Shown here: one piece after another, positions 10,902-22,451 of the stretch
Numbering within the stretch: the stretch's first letter is position 1
Layout: each line of letters begins with the position of its first letter
Assembly: GCF_041886205.1 (NCBI RefSeq)
Contig: NZ_CP169029.1
DNA length: 64,000 bases
Source: Escherichia coli
GTDB taxonomy: Bacteria; Pseudomonadota; Gammaproteobacteria; Enterobacterales; Enterobacteriaceae
Strand: one strand, 5' to 3'
Notes under the pieces: generated by a model
Database searches by the model: none
Told to the model about the DNA's origin: nothing
Seen by the model: only the letters and a program-made list of their open reading frames with translations
Translations under genes and position numbers: made by a program

Positions 10902-11425
10902 AAATCCACCCCATAAATCCAGTCAGTGTTTGTCAGGTCGAGTTTTGATTTTCCGGCTGTCACGCCAGCCTGTTGCTTGTTACGGTTGATTTCGAGTTGG
11001 GTCCACTTGTCGCGGAGTTTGGCCGGACATAGCACGTTACCGGACCAGAAGTTGTCCTGGCATGCCCAGCGGAACAGCACGCACATGTCGCGGTGGTTAC
11101 GTCCGTCACGTTCACGCATCAGGCGGATATCGTTAGCCCACCCTGCAAAATTCGGTTTTCTGGCTGATGGCGCGATGGTCTTCACCATGTCAAACATCCA
11201 CTCTGCGGCGGTCAGGTCTTCTGCTGTCCCCCACTTGCTGCCGCTCTGAATTGCAGCATCCGGTTTCACCACAGGAAGATCGTTTTCTGGCTGGTCAGAG
11301 GATTCGTCAGAATTCTCGGACGAAAAAGGTTTTATATTGTCTTTTGTTAGTTTGTCTTTTGTGTTTACCTGATTCGGGTAAACGCCTTTAATCGAACAAG
11401 ACCCGTTAGTAACTATCGACATCAT
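10898..11425 (-). pseudogene. O: C-terminal remnant of replication initiator O; N-terminal domain and ori are absent
   Basis: …KDNIKPFSSENSDESSDQPENDLPVVKPDAAIQSGSKWGTAEDLTAAEWMFDMVKTIAPSARKPNFAGWANDIRLMRERDGRNHRDMCVLFRWACQDNFWSGNVL… matches the lambda O C-terminal domain. Upstream sequence is from the left arm (ea22 3' end), so the gene is truncated at a deletion junction. Confidence 0.75.
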
Positions 11426-11716
11426 TACGCATCGCTATTACGGGGTTGGAGGTCAATGGGTTCAGGATGCAGGTGAGTATCTGCATATGATGTCTGACGC
11501 TGGCATTCGCATCAAAGGAGAGTGAGATCGGTTTTGTAAAAGATAACGCTTGTGAAAATGCTGAATTTCGCGTCGTCTTCACAGCGATGCCAGAGTCTGT
11601 AGTGTCAGATGATGACCGTACTCAAACATCGGGTTGAGTATTATCTTACTGTTTCTTTACATAAACATTGCTGATACCGTTTAGCTGAAACGACATACAT
11701 TGCAAGGAGTTTATAA

Positions 11717-11998
11717 ATGAGTATCAATGAGTTAGAGTCTGAGCAAAAAGATTGGGCGTTATCAATGTTGTGCAGATCCGGTGTCTTGTCTCCATGCAGA
11801 CATCACGAAGGTGTTTATGTAGATGAAGGTATAGATATAGAGTCGGCATACAAATATTCCATGAAGGTTTATAAGTCTAATGAAGACAAATCCCCATTCT
11901 GCAATGTGCGAGAAATGACTGATACCGTGCAAAATTATTATCACGAGTACGGTGGAAACGATACTTGCCCTCTCTGTACAAAACATATAGATGATTAA
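11717..11998 (+). CDS. ea8.5: Lambda Ea8.5 protein (93 aa)
   Basis: MSINELESEQKDWALSMLCRSGVLSPCRHHEGVYVDEGIDIESAYKYSMKVYKSNEDKSPFCNVREMTDTVQNYYHEYGGNDTCPLCTKHIDD; correct spacing relative to xis/int. Confidence 0.85.
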   Translation: MSINELESEQKDWALSMLCRSGVLSPCRHHEGVYVDEGIDIESAYKYSMKVYKSNEDKSPFCNVREMTDTVQNYYHEYGGNDTCPLCTKHIDD

Positions 11999-12293
11999 AC
12001 CCAATATTACATAACAATCCTCGCACTCGCGGGGATTTATTTTATCTGAACTCGCTACGGCGGGTTTTGTTTTATGGAGATGATAAATGCACTTCCGAGT
12101 CACAGGAGAATGGAATGGAGAGCCATTCAACAGAGTTATCGAAGCGGAGAACATCAACGACTGCTACGACCACTGGATGATATGGGCGCAGATAGCACAT
12201 GCAGACATAACCAATATTCGAATTGAAGAACTGAAAGAACACCAAGCCGCCTGATGGCGGTTTTTTCTTGCGTGTAATTGCGGAGACTTTGCG

Positions 12294-12512
12294 ATGTACT
12301 TGACACTTCAGGAGTGGAACGCTCGCCAGCGACGCCCAAGAAGCCTTGAAACAGTTCGTCGATGGGTGCGCGAATGCAAGATATTCCCTCCTCCGGTTAA
12401 GGATGGAAGAGAATATCTGTTCCACGAATCAGCGGTAAAGGTTGACTTAAATCGACCAGTAACAGGTAGCCTTTTGAAGAGGATCAGAAATGGGAAGAAG
12501 GCGAAGTCATGA
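12294..12512 (+). CDS. xis: Excisionase Xis (72 aa)
   Basis: MYLTLQEWNARQRRPRSLETVRRWVRECKIFPPPVKDGREYLFHESAVKVDLNRPVTGSLLKRIRNGKKAKS; overlaps the int start as in lambda. Confidence 0.95.
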   Translation: MYLTLQEWNARQRRPRSLETVRRWVRECKIFPPPVKDGREYLFHESAVKVDLNRPVTGSLLKRIRNGKKAKS

Positions 12513-13560
12513 GCGCCGGGATTTACCCCCTAACCTTTATATAAGAAACAATGGATATTACTGCTACAGGGACCCAAGGACGGGTAAAGAGTTTGGATTA
12601 GGCAGAGACAGGCGAATCGCAATCACTGAAGCCATACAGGCCAACATTGAGTTATTTTCAGGACACAAACACAAGCCTCTGACAGCGAGAATCAACAGTG
12701 ATAATTCCGTTACGTTACATTCATGGCTTGATCGCTACGAAAAAATCCTGGCCAGCAGAGGAATCAAGCAGAAGACACTCATAAATTACATGAGCAAAAT
12801 TAAAGCAATAAGGAGGGGGCTGCCTGATGCTCCACTTGAAGACATCACCACAAAAGAAATTGCGGCAATGCTCAATGGATACATAGACGAGGGCAAGGCG
12901 GCGTCAGCCAACTTAATCAGATCAACACTGAGCGATGCATTCCGAGAGGCAATAGCTGAAGGCCATATAACAACAAACCCTGTCGCTGCCACTCGCGCAG
13001 CAAAATCAGAGGTAAGGAGATCAAGACTTACGGCTGACGAATACCTGAAAATTTATCAAGCAGCAGAATCATCACCATGTTGGCTCAGACTTGCAATGGA
13101 ACTGGCTGTTGTTACCGGGCAACGAGTTGGTGATTTATGCGAAATGAAGTGGTCTGATATCGTAGATGGATATCTTTATGTCGAGCAAAGCAAAACAGGC
13201 GTAAAAATTGCCATCCCAACAACATTGCATGTTGATGCTCTCGGGATATCAATGAAGGAAACACTTGATAAATGCAAAGAGATTCTTGGCGGAGAAACCA
13301 TAATTGCATCTACTCGTCGTGAACCGCTTTCATCCGGCACAGTATCAAGGTATTTTATGCGCGCACGAAAAGCATCAGGTCTTTCCTTCGAAGGGGATCC
13401 GCCTACCTTTCACGAGTTGCGCAGTTTGTCTGCAAGACTCTATGAGAAGCAGATAAGCGATAAGTTTGCTCAACATCTTCTCGGGCATAAGTCGGACACC
13501 ATGGCATCACAGTATCGTGATGACAGAGGCAGGGAGTGGGACAAAATTGAAATCAAATAA
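12490..13560 (+). CDS. int: Lambda-type tyrosine integrase Int (356 aa), apparently intact
   Basis: MGRRRSHERRDLPPNLYIRNNGYYCYRDPRTGKEFGLGRDRRIAITEAIQANIELFSGHKHKPL… with C-terminal …HELRSLSARLYEKQISDKFAQHLLGHKSDTMASQYRDDRGREWDKIEIK. Confidence 0.95.
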   Translation: MGRRRSHERRDLPPNLYIRNNGYYCYRDPRTGKEFGLGRDRRIAITEAIQANIELFSGHKHKPLTARINSDNSVTLHSWLDRYEKILASRGIKQKTLINYMSKIKAIRRGLPDAPLEDITTKEIAAMLNGYIDEGKAASANLIRSTLSDAFREAIAEGHITTNPVAATRAAKSEVRRSRLTADEYLKIYQAAESSPCWLRLAMELAVVTGQRVGDLCEMKWSDIVDGYLYVEQSKTGVKIAIPTTLHVDALGISMKETLDKCKEILGGETIIASTRREPLSSGTVSRYFMRARKASGLSFEGDPPTFHELRSLSARLYEKQISDKFAQHLLGHKSDTMASQYRDDRGREWDKIEIK

Positions 13561-13660
13561 TGATTTTATTTTGACTGATAGTGACCTGTTCGTTGCAACA
13601 AATTGATAAGCAATGCTTTTTTATAATGCCAACTTAGTATAAAAAAGCAGGCTTCAACGG
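13561..13660. other. attL prophage-host junction: phage P' arm (13561-13633), 15-bp core (13634-13648), bacterial arm
   Basis: …GTTGCAACAAATTGATAAGCAATGCTTTTTTATAATGCCAAC TTAGTATAAAAAAGC AGGCTTCA…; the sequence left of the core is the lambda attP arm, the sequence right of it runs into the ybhC upstream region. Confidence 0.9.
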
Positions 13661-13694
13661 ATTCATTTTTCTATTTCATAGCCCGGAGCAACCT

Positions 13695-14978
13695 GTGAAT
13701 ACATTTTCAGTTTCCCGTCTGGCGCTGGCATTGGCTTTTGGCGTGACGCTGACCGCCTGTAGCTCAACCCCGCCCGATCAACGTCCTTCTGATCAAACCG
13801 CGCCTGGTACCTCTTCTCGCCCGATTCTGTCGGCAAAAGAAGCGCAGAATTTCGATGCTCAACACTATTTTGCATCCCTGACACCAGGTGCTGCAGCGTG
13901 GAATCCTTCCCCGATTACCCTGCCTGCGCAACCTGACTTTGTTGTCGGCCCGGCGGGCACTCAAGGTGTAACGCATACCACGATTCAGGCGGCGGTAGAT
14001 GCGGCAATTATCAAGCGTACCAACAAGCGCCAGTATATTGCCGTGATGCCTGGTGAGTATCAGGGAACGGTATATGTCCCTGCCGCTCCGGGTGGAATTA
14101 CTCTGTACGGTACAGGTGAAAAACCGATTGATGTGAAGATTGGGCTTTCCCTTGATGGTGGCATGAGCCCTGCCGACTGGCGTCACGACGTCAACCCGCG
14201 CGGCAAATATATGCCAGGTAAACCAGCGTGGTATATGTACGATAGCTGCCAGAGCAAACGCAGCGACAGTATCGGTGTTCTCTGCTCTGCGGTCTTCTGG
14301 TCACAAAACAATGGCCTGCAACTGCAAAATCTGACCATCGAAAACACGCTGGGCGATAGCGTAGATGCAGGTAACCATCCGGCGGTGGCACTGCGTACTG
14401 ATGGTGACCAGGTACAGATTAACAACGTTAACATTCTCGGTCGTCAGAACACCTTCTTTGTCACCAACAGCGGTGTGCAGAACCGTCTGGAAACGAATCG
14501 TCAGCCGCGTACGCTGGTGACCAACAGCTACATTGAAGGGGATGTGGATATCGTTTCTGGTCGCGGCGCAGTGGTGTTCGATAACACCGAATTCCGCGTG
14601 GTGAACTCACGTACTCAGCAAGAAGCGTATGTGTTTGCACCGGCTACGCTGTCCAACATTTACTACGGTTTCCTCGCCGTAAACAGCCGTTTCAATGCTT
14701 TCGGTGATGGTGTGGCGCAACTGGGCCGCTCGCTGGATGTTGATGCCAATACCAACGGTCAGGTGGTGATCCGTGATAGCGCCATCAACGAAGGTTTTAA
14801 CACGGCTAAACCGTGGGCCGATGCGGTGATCTCTAATCGTCCGTTTGCGGGTAATACCGGCAGCGTAGATGATAACGACGAAATACAGCGCAATCTGAAT
14901 GACACTAACTACAACCGCATGTGGGAATACAATAACCGCGGCGTGGGCAGCAAAGTGGTTGCAGAGGCGAAGAAGTAA
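13695..14978 (+). CDS. ybhC: Outer-membrane lipoprotein YbhC (pectinesterase-like acyl-CoA thioesterase family)
   Basis: Lipoprotein signal (…LTLTACSS), 427 aa. Confidence 0.85.
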   Translation: MNTFSVSRLALALAFGVTLTACSSTPPDQRPSDQTAPGTSSRPILSAKEAQNFDAQHYFASLTPGAAAWNPSPITLPAQPDFVVGPAGTQGVTHTTIQAAVDAAIIKRTNKRQYIAVMPGEYQGTVYVPAAPGGITLYGTGEKPIDVKIGLSLDGGMSPADWRHDVNPRGKYMPGKPAWYMYDSCQSKRSDSIGVLCSAVFWSQNNGLQLQNLTIENTLGDSVDAGNHPAVALRTDGDQVQINNVNILGRQNTFFVTNSGVQNRLETNRQPRTLVTNSYIEGDVDIVSGRGAVVFDNTEFRVVNSRTQQEAYVFAPATLSNIYYGFLAVNSRFNAFGDGVAQLGRSLDVDANTNGQVVIRDSAINEGFNTAKPWADAVISNRPFAGNTGSVDDNDEIQRNLNDTNYNRMWEYNNRGVGSKVVAEAKK

Positions 14979-14993
14979 GAGCTATTAACTATT

Positions 14994-15112
<119 letters not shown>

Positions 15113-15118
15113 CGCTTT

Positions 15119-17380
15119 TTACATCTGACGGTTTTTATTGAAGTTAATCAAACTACCCGCCTTGATAATCTCGCGCTCTTCAGCAGTCAGACTTTCCATA
15201 TAGAGCGTAATCTCCGTTACCGGCGCATCTTCATGGATCACATAACCTTTAAACGTCGTACCCGGATTATCCAGCGCCGCTTTAATGCCAGGGATGTAAA
15301 TGTAATCCCCCACTTCAAAGGTTGGCGCTTCCGCCATCTGCAGCGGTAACATCCCCCAGTTGATGACGTTAGAACGGTAGCGTTTAGTCGCGTACTCCTC
15401 GGCAATATTCGCCAGACCGCCAATCACACGCTGGCAGCTCGCCGCCTGTTCACGCGCAGAACCATCGCCTGGTTTCACCGCATAGACCATGCTGCCAATT
15501 TCAGTTTGCAGCGGATCAATATGCTCCTGACCAGCAATCTGCTTAATGCGCGCAAACACCTCTGTCAGCTCGCTGACATTCCCCGCCAGACGCTGATTTT
15601 CCAGCTCAGCAGTCGCTTTACTTCTGCCAACATAACCGGGATCGCGGCGAGACAGGGTAAACTCCGCCAGACCAATCGGATTTGAACGATAAGAAGAGGT
15701 TTCACCGGAAGGAATCAGTTCGTCGGTGGTGGTCACTTCGTCGAGGATCTTCGAGCACACTTTGAGGACGATATTGTCAGTCAGCGCACCCAATTCCGGC
15801 CAGTCTTTAATGTTCGGTCCGTAAATCAGCGGTTGCTGAGTTGCCCCTTTCACAAAGCCCTGATAAACACGGTTTTTATACGGCGTTACATCGAAGGCGT
15901 ACTCCGGCACGTTGTCCCAGCAATCAAGTTCGCTGGCAGAAGTTAAATAGCCACCGTTTGCCGCAGTCGCAGCGATAGAACGAGCGTCCATCAACGCCAC
16001 CGCTGACATCTGCCCATTGGCTGGCTTAGAGCCTTCGCGATTCGGGAAGTTACGCGTGGTGTGGCGAATACTCAAACCGTTGTTGATTGGCGTATCGCCC
16101 GCGCCAAAGCATGGGCCGCAGAACGCGGTTCTGATGATTGCGCCTGCGCCAATCAAATCTGCTACCACACCTTTTTTGGCGAGATCCATAAACACCGGCT
16201 GTGATGACGGGTAAACCGCTAACGAGAAGGTGTCATTGCCACAGGATTGACCGCGCAGTGCGTTCGCCGCCGCGATGACGTTTTCGTAGTTACCGCCAGA
16301 ACAGCCCGCGATAATCCCCTGCTGCACTTTCAGGCGACCATTTTCTACTTTATCCAGCAGCGAGAGTTTGGCTTTACCGTGCGCCACGCGTTCGGACTCA
16401 ATTTCAATCTCACGCAGAATGTCGATCAGGTTCTGGTTCAGTGTGTCGATTTCATACACGTTGCTCGGATGGAACGGCAGCGCAATCATTGGTTTGATGG
16501 CGCTTAAATCAACGCTGATGCAACCATCGTAGTACGCCATCGGTTGTGGATTAAGCTGGCAATAATCCTGGCCGCGACCGTGCAGCGCCAGCCAGTTATG
16601 CACTTCTTCATCGGTTTGCCAGACAGAACTTAAACAGGTCGTTTCAGTGGTCATAACGTCAACGCTGTTACGGAAATCGGTAGAGAGCGCAGCAACACCG
16701 GGTCCTACGAATTCCATCACTTTGTTTTTGACGTAGCCGTTTTTGAACACGGCACCGATGATAGCCAGCGCCACATCCTGCGGCCCCACATACGGCGCTG
16801 GTTTTCCGGTCAGATGCACCGCAACCACGCCCGGATAGTCGATATCCCAGGTGTCATTCAGCAGCTGTTTTACCAACTCACCGCCGCCCTCACCGACTGC
16901 CATTGTCCCTAATGCACCGTAACGGGTGTGGCTGTCTGACCCGAGGATCATTTTGCCGCCGCCTGCCATCATCTCACGCATATATTGATGGATGACCGCA
17001 ATGTGCGGAGGCACAAAAATACCGCCATAACGCTGAGCCGCCGATAAACCAAAAACATGGTCATCACCGTTAATGGTGCCACCGACGGCGCAAAGTGAGT
17101 TATGGCAGTTGGTCAGCACATACGGCAGCGGGAAACGTTCCATACCGGACGCTTTAGCGGTCTGTACAATACCAACAAAGGTAATATCGTGAGAGGCTAA
17201 TGAATCAAACTTAATTTTAAGTTTATCCATATTTCCGGACGTATTATGAGAAGAGAGAATAGACCAGGCAATAGTGCCTTTTTGGGCTTCTTCTTTTTTA
17301 ATTTGGCCGGTGAAATGTTCTTCGGCAATTATTTCGTTATTACTGGCGAGAAACACGCCTTTTTCAGATAACTTGATCAT
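15119..17380 (-). CDS. ybhJ: Aconitase-family putative hydratase YbhJ
   Basis: 753-aa product starting [18 protein letters not shown]…; the ORF track begins 8 codons upstream. Confidence 0.8.
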   Translation of the reverse strand: MIKLSEKGVFLASNNEIIAEEHFTGQIKKEEAQKGTIAWSILSSHNTSGNMDKLKIKFDSLASHDITFVGIVQTAKASGMERFPLPYVLTNCHNSLCAVGGTINGDDHVFGLSAAQRYGGIFVPPHIAVIHQYMREMMAGGGKMILGSDSHTRYGALGTMAVGEGGGELVKQLLNDTWDIDYPGVVAVHLTGKPAPYVGPQDVALAIIGAVFKNGYVKNKVMEFVGPGVAALSTDFRNSVDVMTTETTCLSSVWQTDEEVHNWLALHGRGQDYCQLNPQPMAYYDGCISVDLSAIKPMIALPFHPSNVYEIDTLNQNLIDILREIEIESERVAHGKAKLSLLDKVENGRLKVQQGIIAGCSGGNYENVIAAANALRGQSCGNDTFSLAVYPSSQPVFMDLAKKGVVADLIGAGAIIRTAFCGPCFGAGDTPINNGLSIRHTTRNFPNREGSKPANGQMSAVALMDARSIAATAANGGYLTSASELDCWDNVPEYAFDVTPYKNRVYQGFVKGATQQPLIYGPNIKDWPELGALTDNIVLKVCSKILDEVTTTDELIPSGETSSYRSNPIGLAEFTLSRRDPGYVGRSKATAELENQRLAGNVSELTEVFARIKQIAGQEHIDPLQTEIGSMVYAVKPGDGSAREQAASCQRVIGGLANIAEEYATKRYRSNVINWGMLPLQMAEAPTFEVGDYIYIPGIKAALDNPGTTFKGYVIHEDAPVTEITLYMESLTAEEREIIKAGSLINFNKNRQM

Positions 17381-17429
17381 TAAATGCTCCAGATATCTGC
17401 GCACCGTGAAGTGCGCAGAAAGATAATAA

Positions 17430-17560
17430 ATGGATATACTCTAAATAATTCGAGTTGCAGGAAGGCGACAAGCGAGTGAATCCCCAGGAGCTTACATAAG
17501 TAAGTGACTGGGGTGAGCGAACGCAGACGCAGCACATGCAACTTGAAGTATGACGAGTAT
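17430..17560. repeat. ERIC/IRU element between ybhI and ybhJ
   Basis: Contains GTGAATCCCCAGGAGCTTACAT and AAGTAAGTGACTGGGGTGAGCG, the classic ERIC core segments. Confidence 0.85.
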
Positions 17561-17562
17561 AT

Positions 17563-18996
17563 TTACAGCATGTTCCAGCCGATCAGCATATTCCACCACC
17601 ATACGCCGAGGGTGATATGCACCAGGAAGGTTAATATCGTCAGTACCGCACCGACCAACCACCAGGATTTAATATCGTTGTAACCCACGCCAAAGATGAC
17701 CGGACCTGCCGCGCCGCCATAATGAGTAACCATGCCGCCATAGGAGTTGGAGAACAACAGTGCCAGCGCGGTTAACATTAACGGTGCGCCGGAGACGTTC
17801 GCCAGCATGGCAAATACCGGTAACATAGCAACGATATAGGCACTACCGGAAGCGAAGAAATAACGCACGATGATGCTGAGGAAAATAATAACGAAGAAAG
17901 CAACGTTACCGTGACCATCAAATGCCAGGTTATTTTTAAAGACTTCAGCTAACCATTCGAAAAATTTAACTTTCGATAATAAGGAGCTTAAGCCGATAAT
18001 ACCGCCGTACCAGATTAAGGTATTCCAGCCGCCTTTATTTTTAACCACGTCTTCCCAGGTAACGATACCCAGCAGCAGCATGGTCGCCATAACAACGATT
18101 GCCACAGTGGATTCATCAACCCCCAGAGACTTACTGAAAATCCAGCCCAGTAGCGCCAGCACAAAGACACCGAGCAGCATTTTTTCGCGGATTTTCATCG
18201 GTCCCAGTTCGGCAAGGCCCGCTTTGGCGATGGTTTTGTTATCCACCTTCTTAATTTCTGGCGGATACATGGTATAAATCACCAGCGGGGTGACCAGCAG
18301 CATAATGATGCCCGGCAATCCGGCGGCCAGTGCCCATCCACCCCAGCTAATTTGCAGGTGCAGAATGTCGTTGATCATTTTCAGCGCCAGAATGTTCCCC
18401 GCCATTGCGGTAAAGAACATATAGCTGGTGGTTTTGGTGACCATGTAAATGGACATCATCAGGTAATGTCCGACACGACGCGGACTTTTTTCCGGTTCGG
18501 ACCCCAAAGCCACCGCCACGCTGTTGATGATCGGTAACACAATGCCGCCCGCACGCGCGGTGTTAGACGGTGTTGCCGGAGCCAGTACCAGATCGAGGAA
18601 TACCGTAACGTAACCCAGACCCAGCGTGGTGTTACCGATTTTACCAATCAGCAGATAGGCAATACGTTTACCTAAACCGGTGGTCACAAATGCGGCGCTT
18701 AAGGTAAACGCCGAGAACACCAGCCAGGTAGTACCTGAAGAGTAACCGCTTAATACGGCGGTGGTCTTAAACGCACCGTCGGATAAGTTACCGACCACCA
18801 CCATTGAGGCAGCAACGGCAATTAACAGTACGACAGGTTCCGGGAAAGGCTTGATAACCAGACCCACAATGGCCGCCAGGTAAATACCAAAAAGCACCCA
18901 CGCCAGTTCGCTTAATCCTGCCGGAGCTGGCATAAAACCAATAATACATGGGATCGCTAATATCAGAATTAGCTTCCATAACGATTTCTTATTCAT
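17563..18996 (-). CDS. ybhI: DASS-family anion (di/tricarboxylate-type) transporter YbhI
   Basis: 477-aa polytopic membrane protein. Confidence 0.8.
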   Translation of the reverse strand: MNKKSLWKLILILAIPCIIGFMPAPAGLSELAWVLFGIYLAAIVGLVIKPFPEPVVLLIAVAASMVVVGNLSDGAFKTTAVLSGYSSGTTWLVFSAFTLSAAFVTTGLGKRIAYLLIGKIGNTTLGLGYVTVFLDLVLAPATPSNTARAGGIVLPIINSVAVALGSEPEKSPRRVGHYLMMSIYMVTKTTSYMFFTAMAGNILALKMINDILHLQISWGGWALAAGLPGIIMLLVTPLVIYTMYPPEIKKVDNKTIAKAGLAELGPMKIREKMLLGVFVLALLGWIFSKSLGVDESTVAIVVMATMLLLGIVTWEDVVKNKGGWNTLIWYGGIIGLSSLLSKVKFFEWLAEVFKNNLAFDGHGNVAFFVIIFLSIIVRYFFASGSAYIVAMLPVFAMLANVSGAPLMLTALALLFSNSYGGMVTHYGGAAGPVIFGVGYNDIKSWWLVGAVLTILTFLVHITLGVWWWNMLIGWNML

Positions 18997-19071
18997 TTAA
19001 AATCCTGTTCTTTCTGTATGACTCATACAGAAGTCCTTTATTGATTGTCCGTATCCTGACAACGAATTTTT

Positions 19072-20124
19072 TCAGGGAAGATAAACTTCACCGGAAAATA
19101 TTTTTCTGGTTGTCCGAATAACAGATGCGCGTAACGTCGTGGCATCCTGACCTTCATTACTTAAATGAACGTCGAGCGCACCACTGGGGTGTTCAATATT
19201 GATATTGCCATATCCTACAGAAGGGACGATTTGTCGGGTGACGGTGCCTTCCAATGCACAACTACTGGAAATAGCAATAGCACCGGTTATCGCCAGCGCG
19301 CGATGGCAAGAATGCGGCATAAAATAACGCACATTAATTGCCCCGCCTTTCTGCGCTGGAGAAATAAGCACAGGTTTAGGGATAACCATATTACTGACAT
19401 CACCTAAGCCCATTGCTTTACCCGCTTGTAGCCGGATAGATTCAATGCGGGCTAATAATGCTTTGTCGGCATCCAGTTCCGCCGGTAATTCATAACCTGT
19501 TTTTCCCAGATATTCAGCCGGAATAATGACGACTGGCATCGCCATATCGATACAGGTCACCGGGACATCGTCAAAATAATCAATCTGATTATCAGTCGGG
19601 AAAACTTTTCCGGTTTTCGTTCCAGCGGCATTCAGGAAAGTGAGCGCAACCGGTGCGGCAGTACCCGGTACGCCGTCAATTCTGGCGCTACCCTCGTACT
19701 CGACAACACCATTTGGCGTTTGCACATCAGCTTCGATGAACGTACCCGTATTGACGTTGCGGATACGTACACGGGTAACTGGCGAAGTCGCTGCAATCAA
19801 ACCATTTTCAATGGCGAATGCCCCTACGCCAGACAGCATATTGCCGCAGTTAGGCGTGGTATCGACACGTTGCTCATGGACGATAACTTGAGCAAACAGA
19901 TAATCGACATCAGCACGCGGATCGCTGGAACGGCTAATAATGGCGACTTTACTGGTCAGTGGATTACCGCCGCCAATACCGTCAATTTCCAGATCGTTAC
20001 CGGAACCCATAATTGCCATCAATATTTTATCGCGCTGCGTTTGATCTTCGGGTAAATGTTCCGCTAACAGGAACGCGCCCCTCGAGGTTCCACCTCGCAT
20101 CATCACGCAGGGTATTTTTTTCAT
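19072..20124 (-). CDS. ybhH: PrpF/AcnD-accessory family isomerase-like protein YbhH
   Basis: 350 aa, MKKIPCVMMRGGTSRGAFL…. Confidence 0.8.
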   Translation of the reverse strand: MKKIPCVMMRGGTSRGAFLLAEHLPEDQTQRDKILMAIMGSGNDLEIDGIGGGNPLTSKVAIISRSSDPRADVDYLFAQVIVHEQRVDTTPNCGNMLSGVGAFAIENGLIAATSPVTRVRIRNVNTGTFIEADVQTPNGVVEYEGSARIDGVPGTAAPVALTFLNAAGTKTGKVFPTDNQIDYFDDVPVTCIDMAMPVVIIPAEYLGKTGYELPAELDADKALLARIESIRLQAGKAMGLGDVSNMVIPKPVLISPAQKGGAINVRYFMPHSCHRALAITGAIAISSSCALEGTVTRQIVPSVGYGNINIEHPSGALDVHLSNEGQDATTLRASVIRTTRKIFSGEVYLP

Positions 20125-20307
20125 AATAATGCCCTCAATTTAAAAACATAACTTATTGCGATATGGTTACATTAAGGACAAAGCATCTCTAATGACTTTA
20201 GCTCAACGATTAATAACTTTTTTTCATTAATTTAAGTTGGCTAAATGCAGTTAAAATTTTTAACGACCAGCCACCCAAAATCATCGCTTCCATTTTCCGG
20301 AGTAATA

Positions 20308-21261
20308 ATGAAGCATGAATTATCAAGTATGAAGGCATTTGTCATACTGGCAGAGTCCAGTTCATTTAACAATGCCGCTAAATTACTCAATATTACGCAA
20401 CCTGCATTAACGCGAAGAATAAAAAAGATGGAGGAAGATTTACATATTCAACTATTTGAGCGTACAACTCGCAAGGTTACGTTAACAAAAGCAGGAAAAA
20501 GGTTGCTCCCGGAGGCGCGGGAATTAATAAAGAAATTCGATGAAACGCTTTTTAATATTCGTGATATGAATGCTTATCATCGTGGTATGGTGACGTTAGC
20601 GTGTATTCCGACCGCAGTATTTTATTTTTTACCGCTGGCAATCGGTAAATTTAATGAGCTGTATCCCAATATTAAAGTGCGGATTCTGGAACAAGGCACG
20701 AATAATTGCATGGAATCGGTGCTGTGTAACGAATCAGACTTTGGCATAAACATGAACAACGTCACAAATTCATCCATTGATTTTACCCCACTGGTCAACG
20801 AGCCATTCGTGCTGGCCTGTCGGCGTGACCATCCATTGGCCAAAAAGCAGCTTGTAGAATGGCAGGAGTTAGTGGGTTACAAAATGATTGGCGTACGTTC
20901 CTCCAGCGGCAACCGATTGTTGATAGAACAACAGCTAGCCGACAAGCCCTGGAAGCTGGACTGGTTTTACGAAGTGCGTCATCTTTCGACGTCATTAGGA
21001 CTAGTGGAGGCAGGACTGGGGATTTCGGCGCTTCCTGGTCTGGCAATGCCCCATGCGCCCTATTCTTCGATTATTGGTATCCCACTGGTGGAACCCGTTA
21101 TACGTCGGACATTGGGGATTATTCGCCGCAAAGATGCCGTGCTTTCTCCGGCAGCTGAACGCTTTTTTGCCTTGCTGATTAATTTGTGGACTGACGATAA
21201 AGACAATTTGTGGACCAATATCGTCGAACGCCAGAGACATGCGTTACAGGAGATAGGTTAA
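20308..21261 (+). CDS. ybhD: LysR-family transcriptional regulator YbhD
   Basis: Start MKHELSSMKAFVILAESSSFNNAAKLLNITQPALTRRIKKMEEDL…, HTH plus LysR substrate domain; the ORF track begins 21 codons upstream. Confidence 0.8.
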   Translation: MKHELSSMKAFVILAESSSFNNAAKLLNITQPALTRRIKKMEEDLHIQLFERTTRKVTLTKAGKRLLPEARELIKKFDETLFNIRDMNAYHRGMVTLACIPTAVFYFLPLAIGKFNELYPNIKVRILEQGTNNCMESVLCNESDFGINMNNVTNSSIDFTPLVNEPFVLACRRDHPLAKKQLVEWQELVGYKMIGVRSSSGNRLLIEQQLADKPWKLDWFYEVRHLSTSLGLVEAGLGISALPGLAMPHAPYSSIIGIPLVEPVIRRTLGIIRRKDAVLSPAAERFFALLINLWTDDKDNLWTNIVERQRHALQEIG

Positions 21262-21301
21262 TACACCGGCGCAGGAGAGACTGCGCCGGTTAAATCAGCG
21301 G

Positions 21302-22333
<1,032 letters not shown>

Positions 22334-22451
22334 CTAAAATTAGTCGCTTTTGGCGGTGAATGCTGAATTAAAACGCAGAATTTTGTCCGATAGTGGTATC
22401 GGTGTACCATTCGCGCAGACGAAAATTCTTAACCTTAATCTGGAATACGCC

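Noticed and set aside
13764-14186. 140-aa Arg-rich minus-strand ORF
   Set aside because: Lies inside ybhC on the opposite strand; Arg-rich composition is typical of antisense GC-rich frames.
22350-22451. Upstream extension of the ybhA ORF (ORF track start at 22350)
   Set aside because: The HAD motif-I start MTTRVIALDLDGT at 22452 gives the expected length; the extension overlaps the pgl divergent promoter region.
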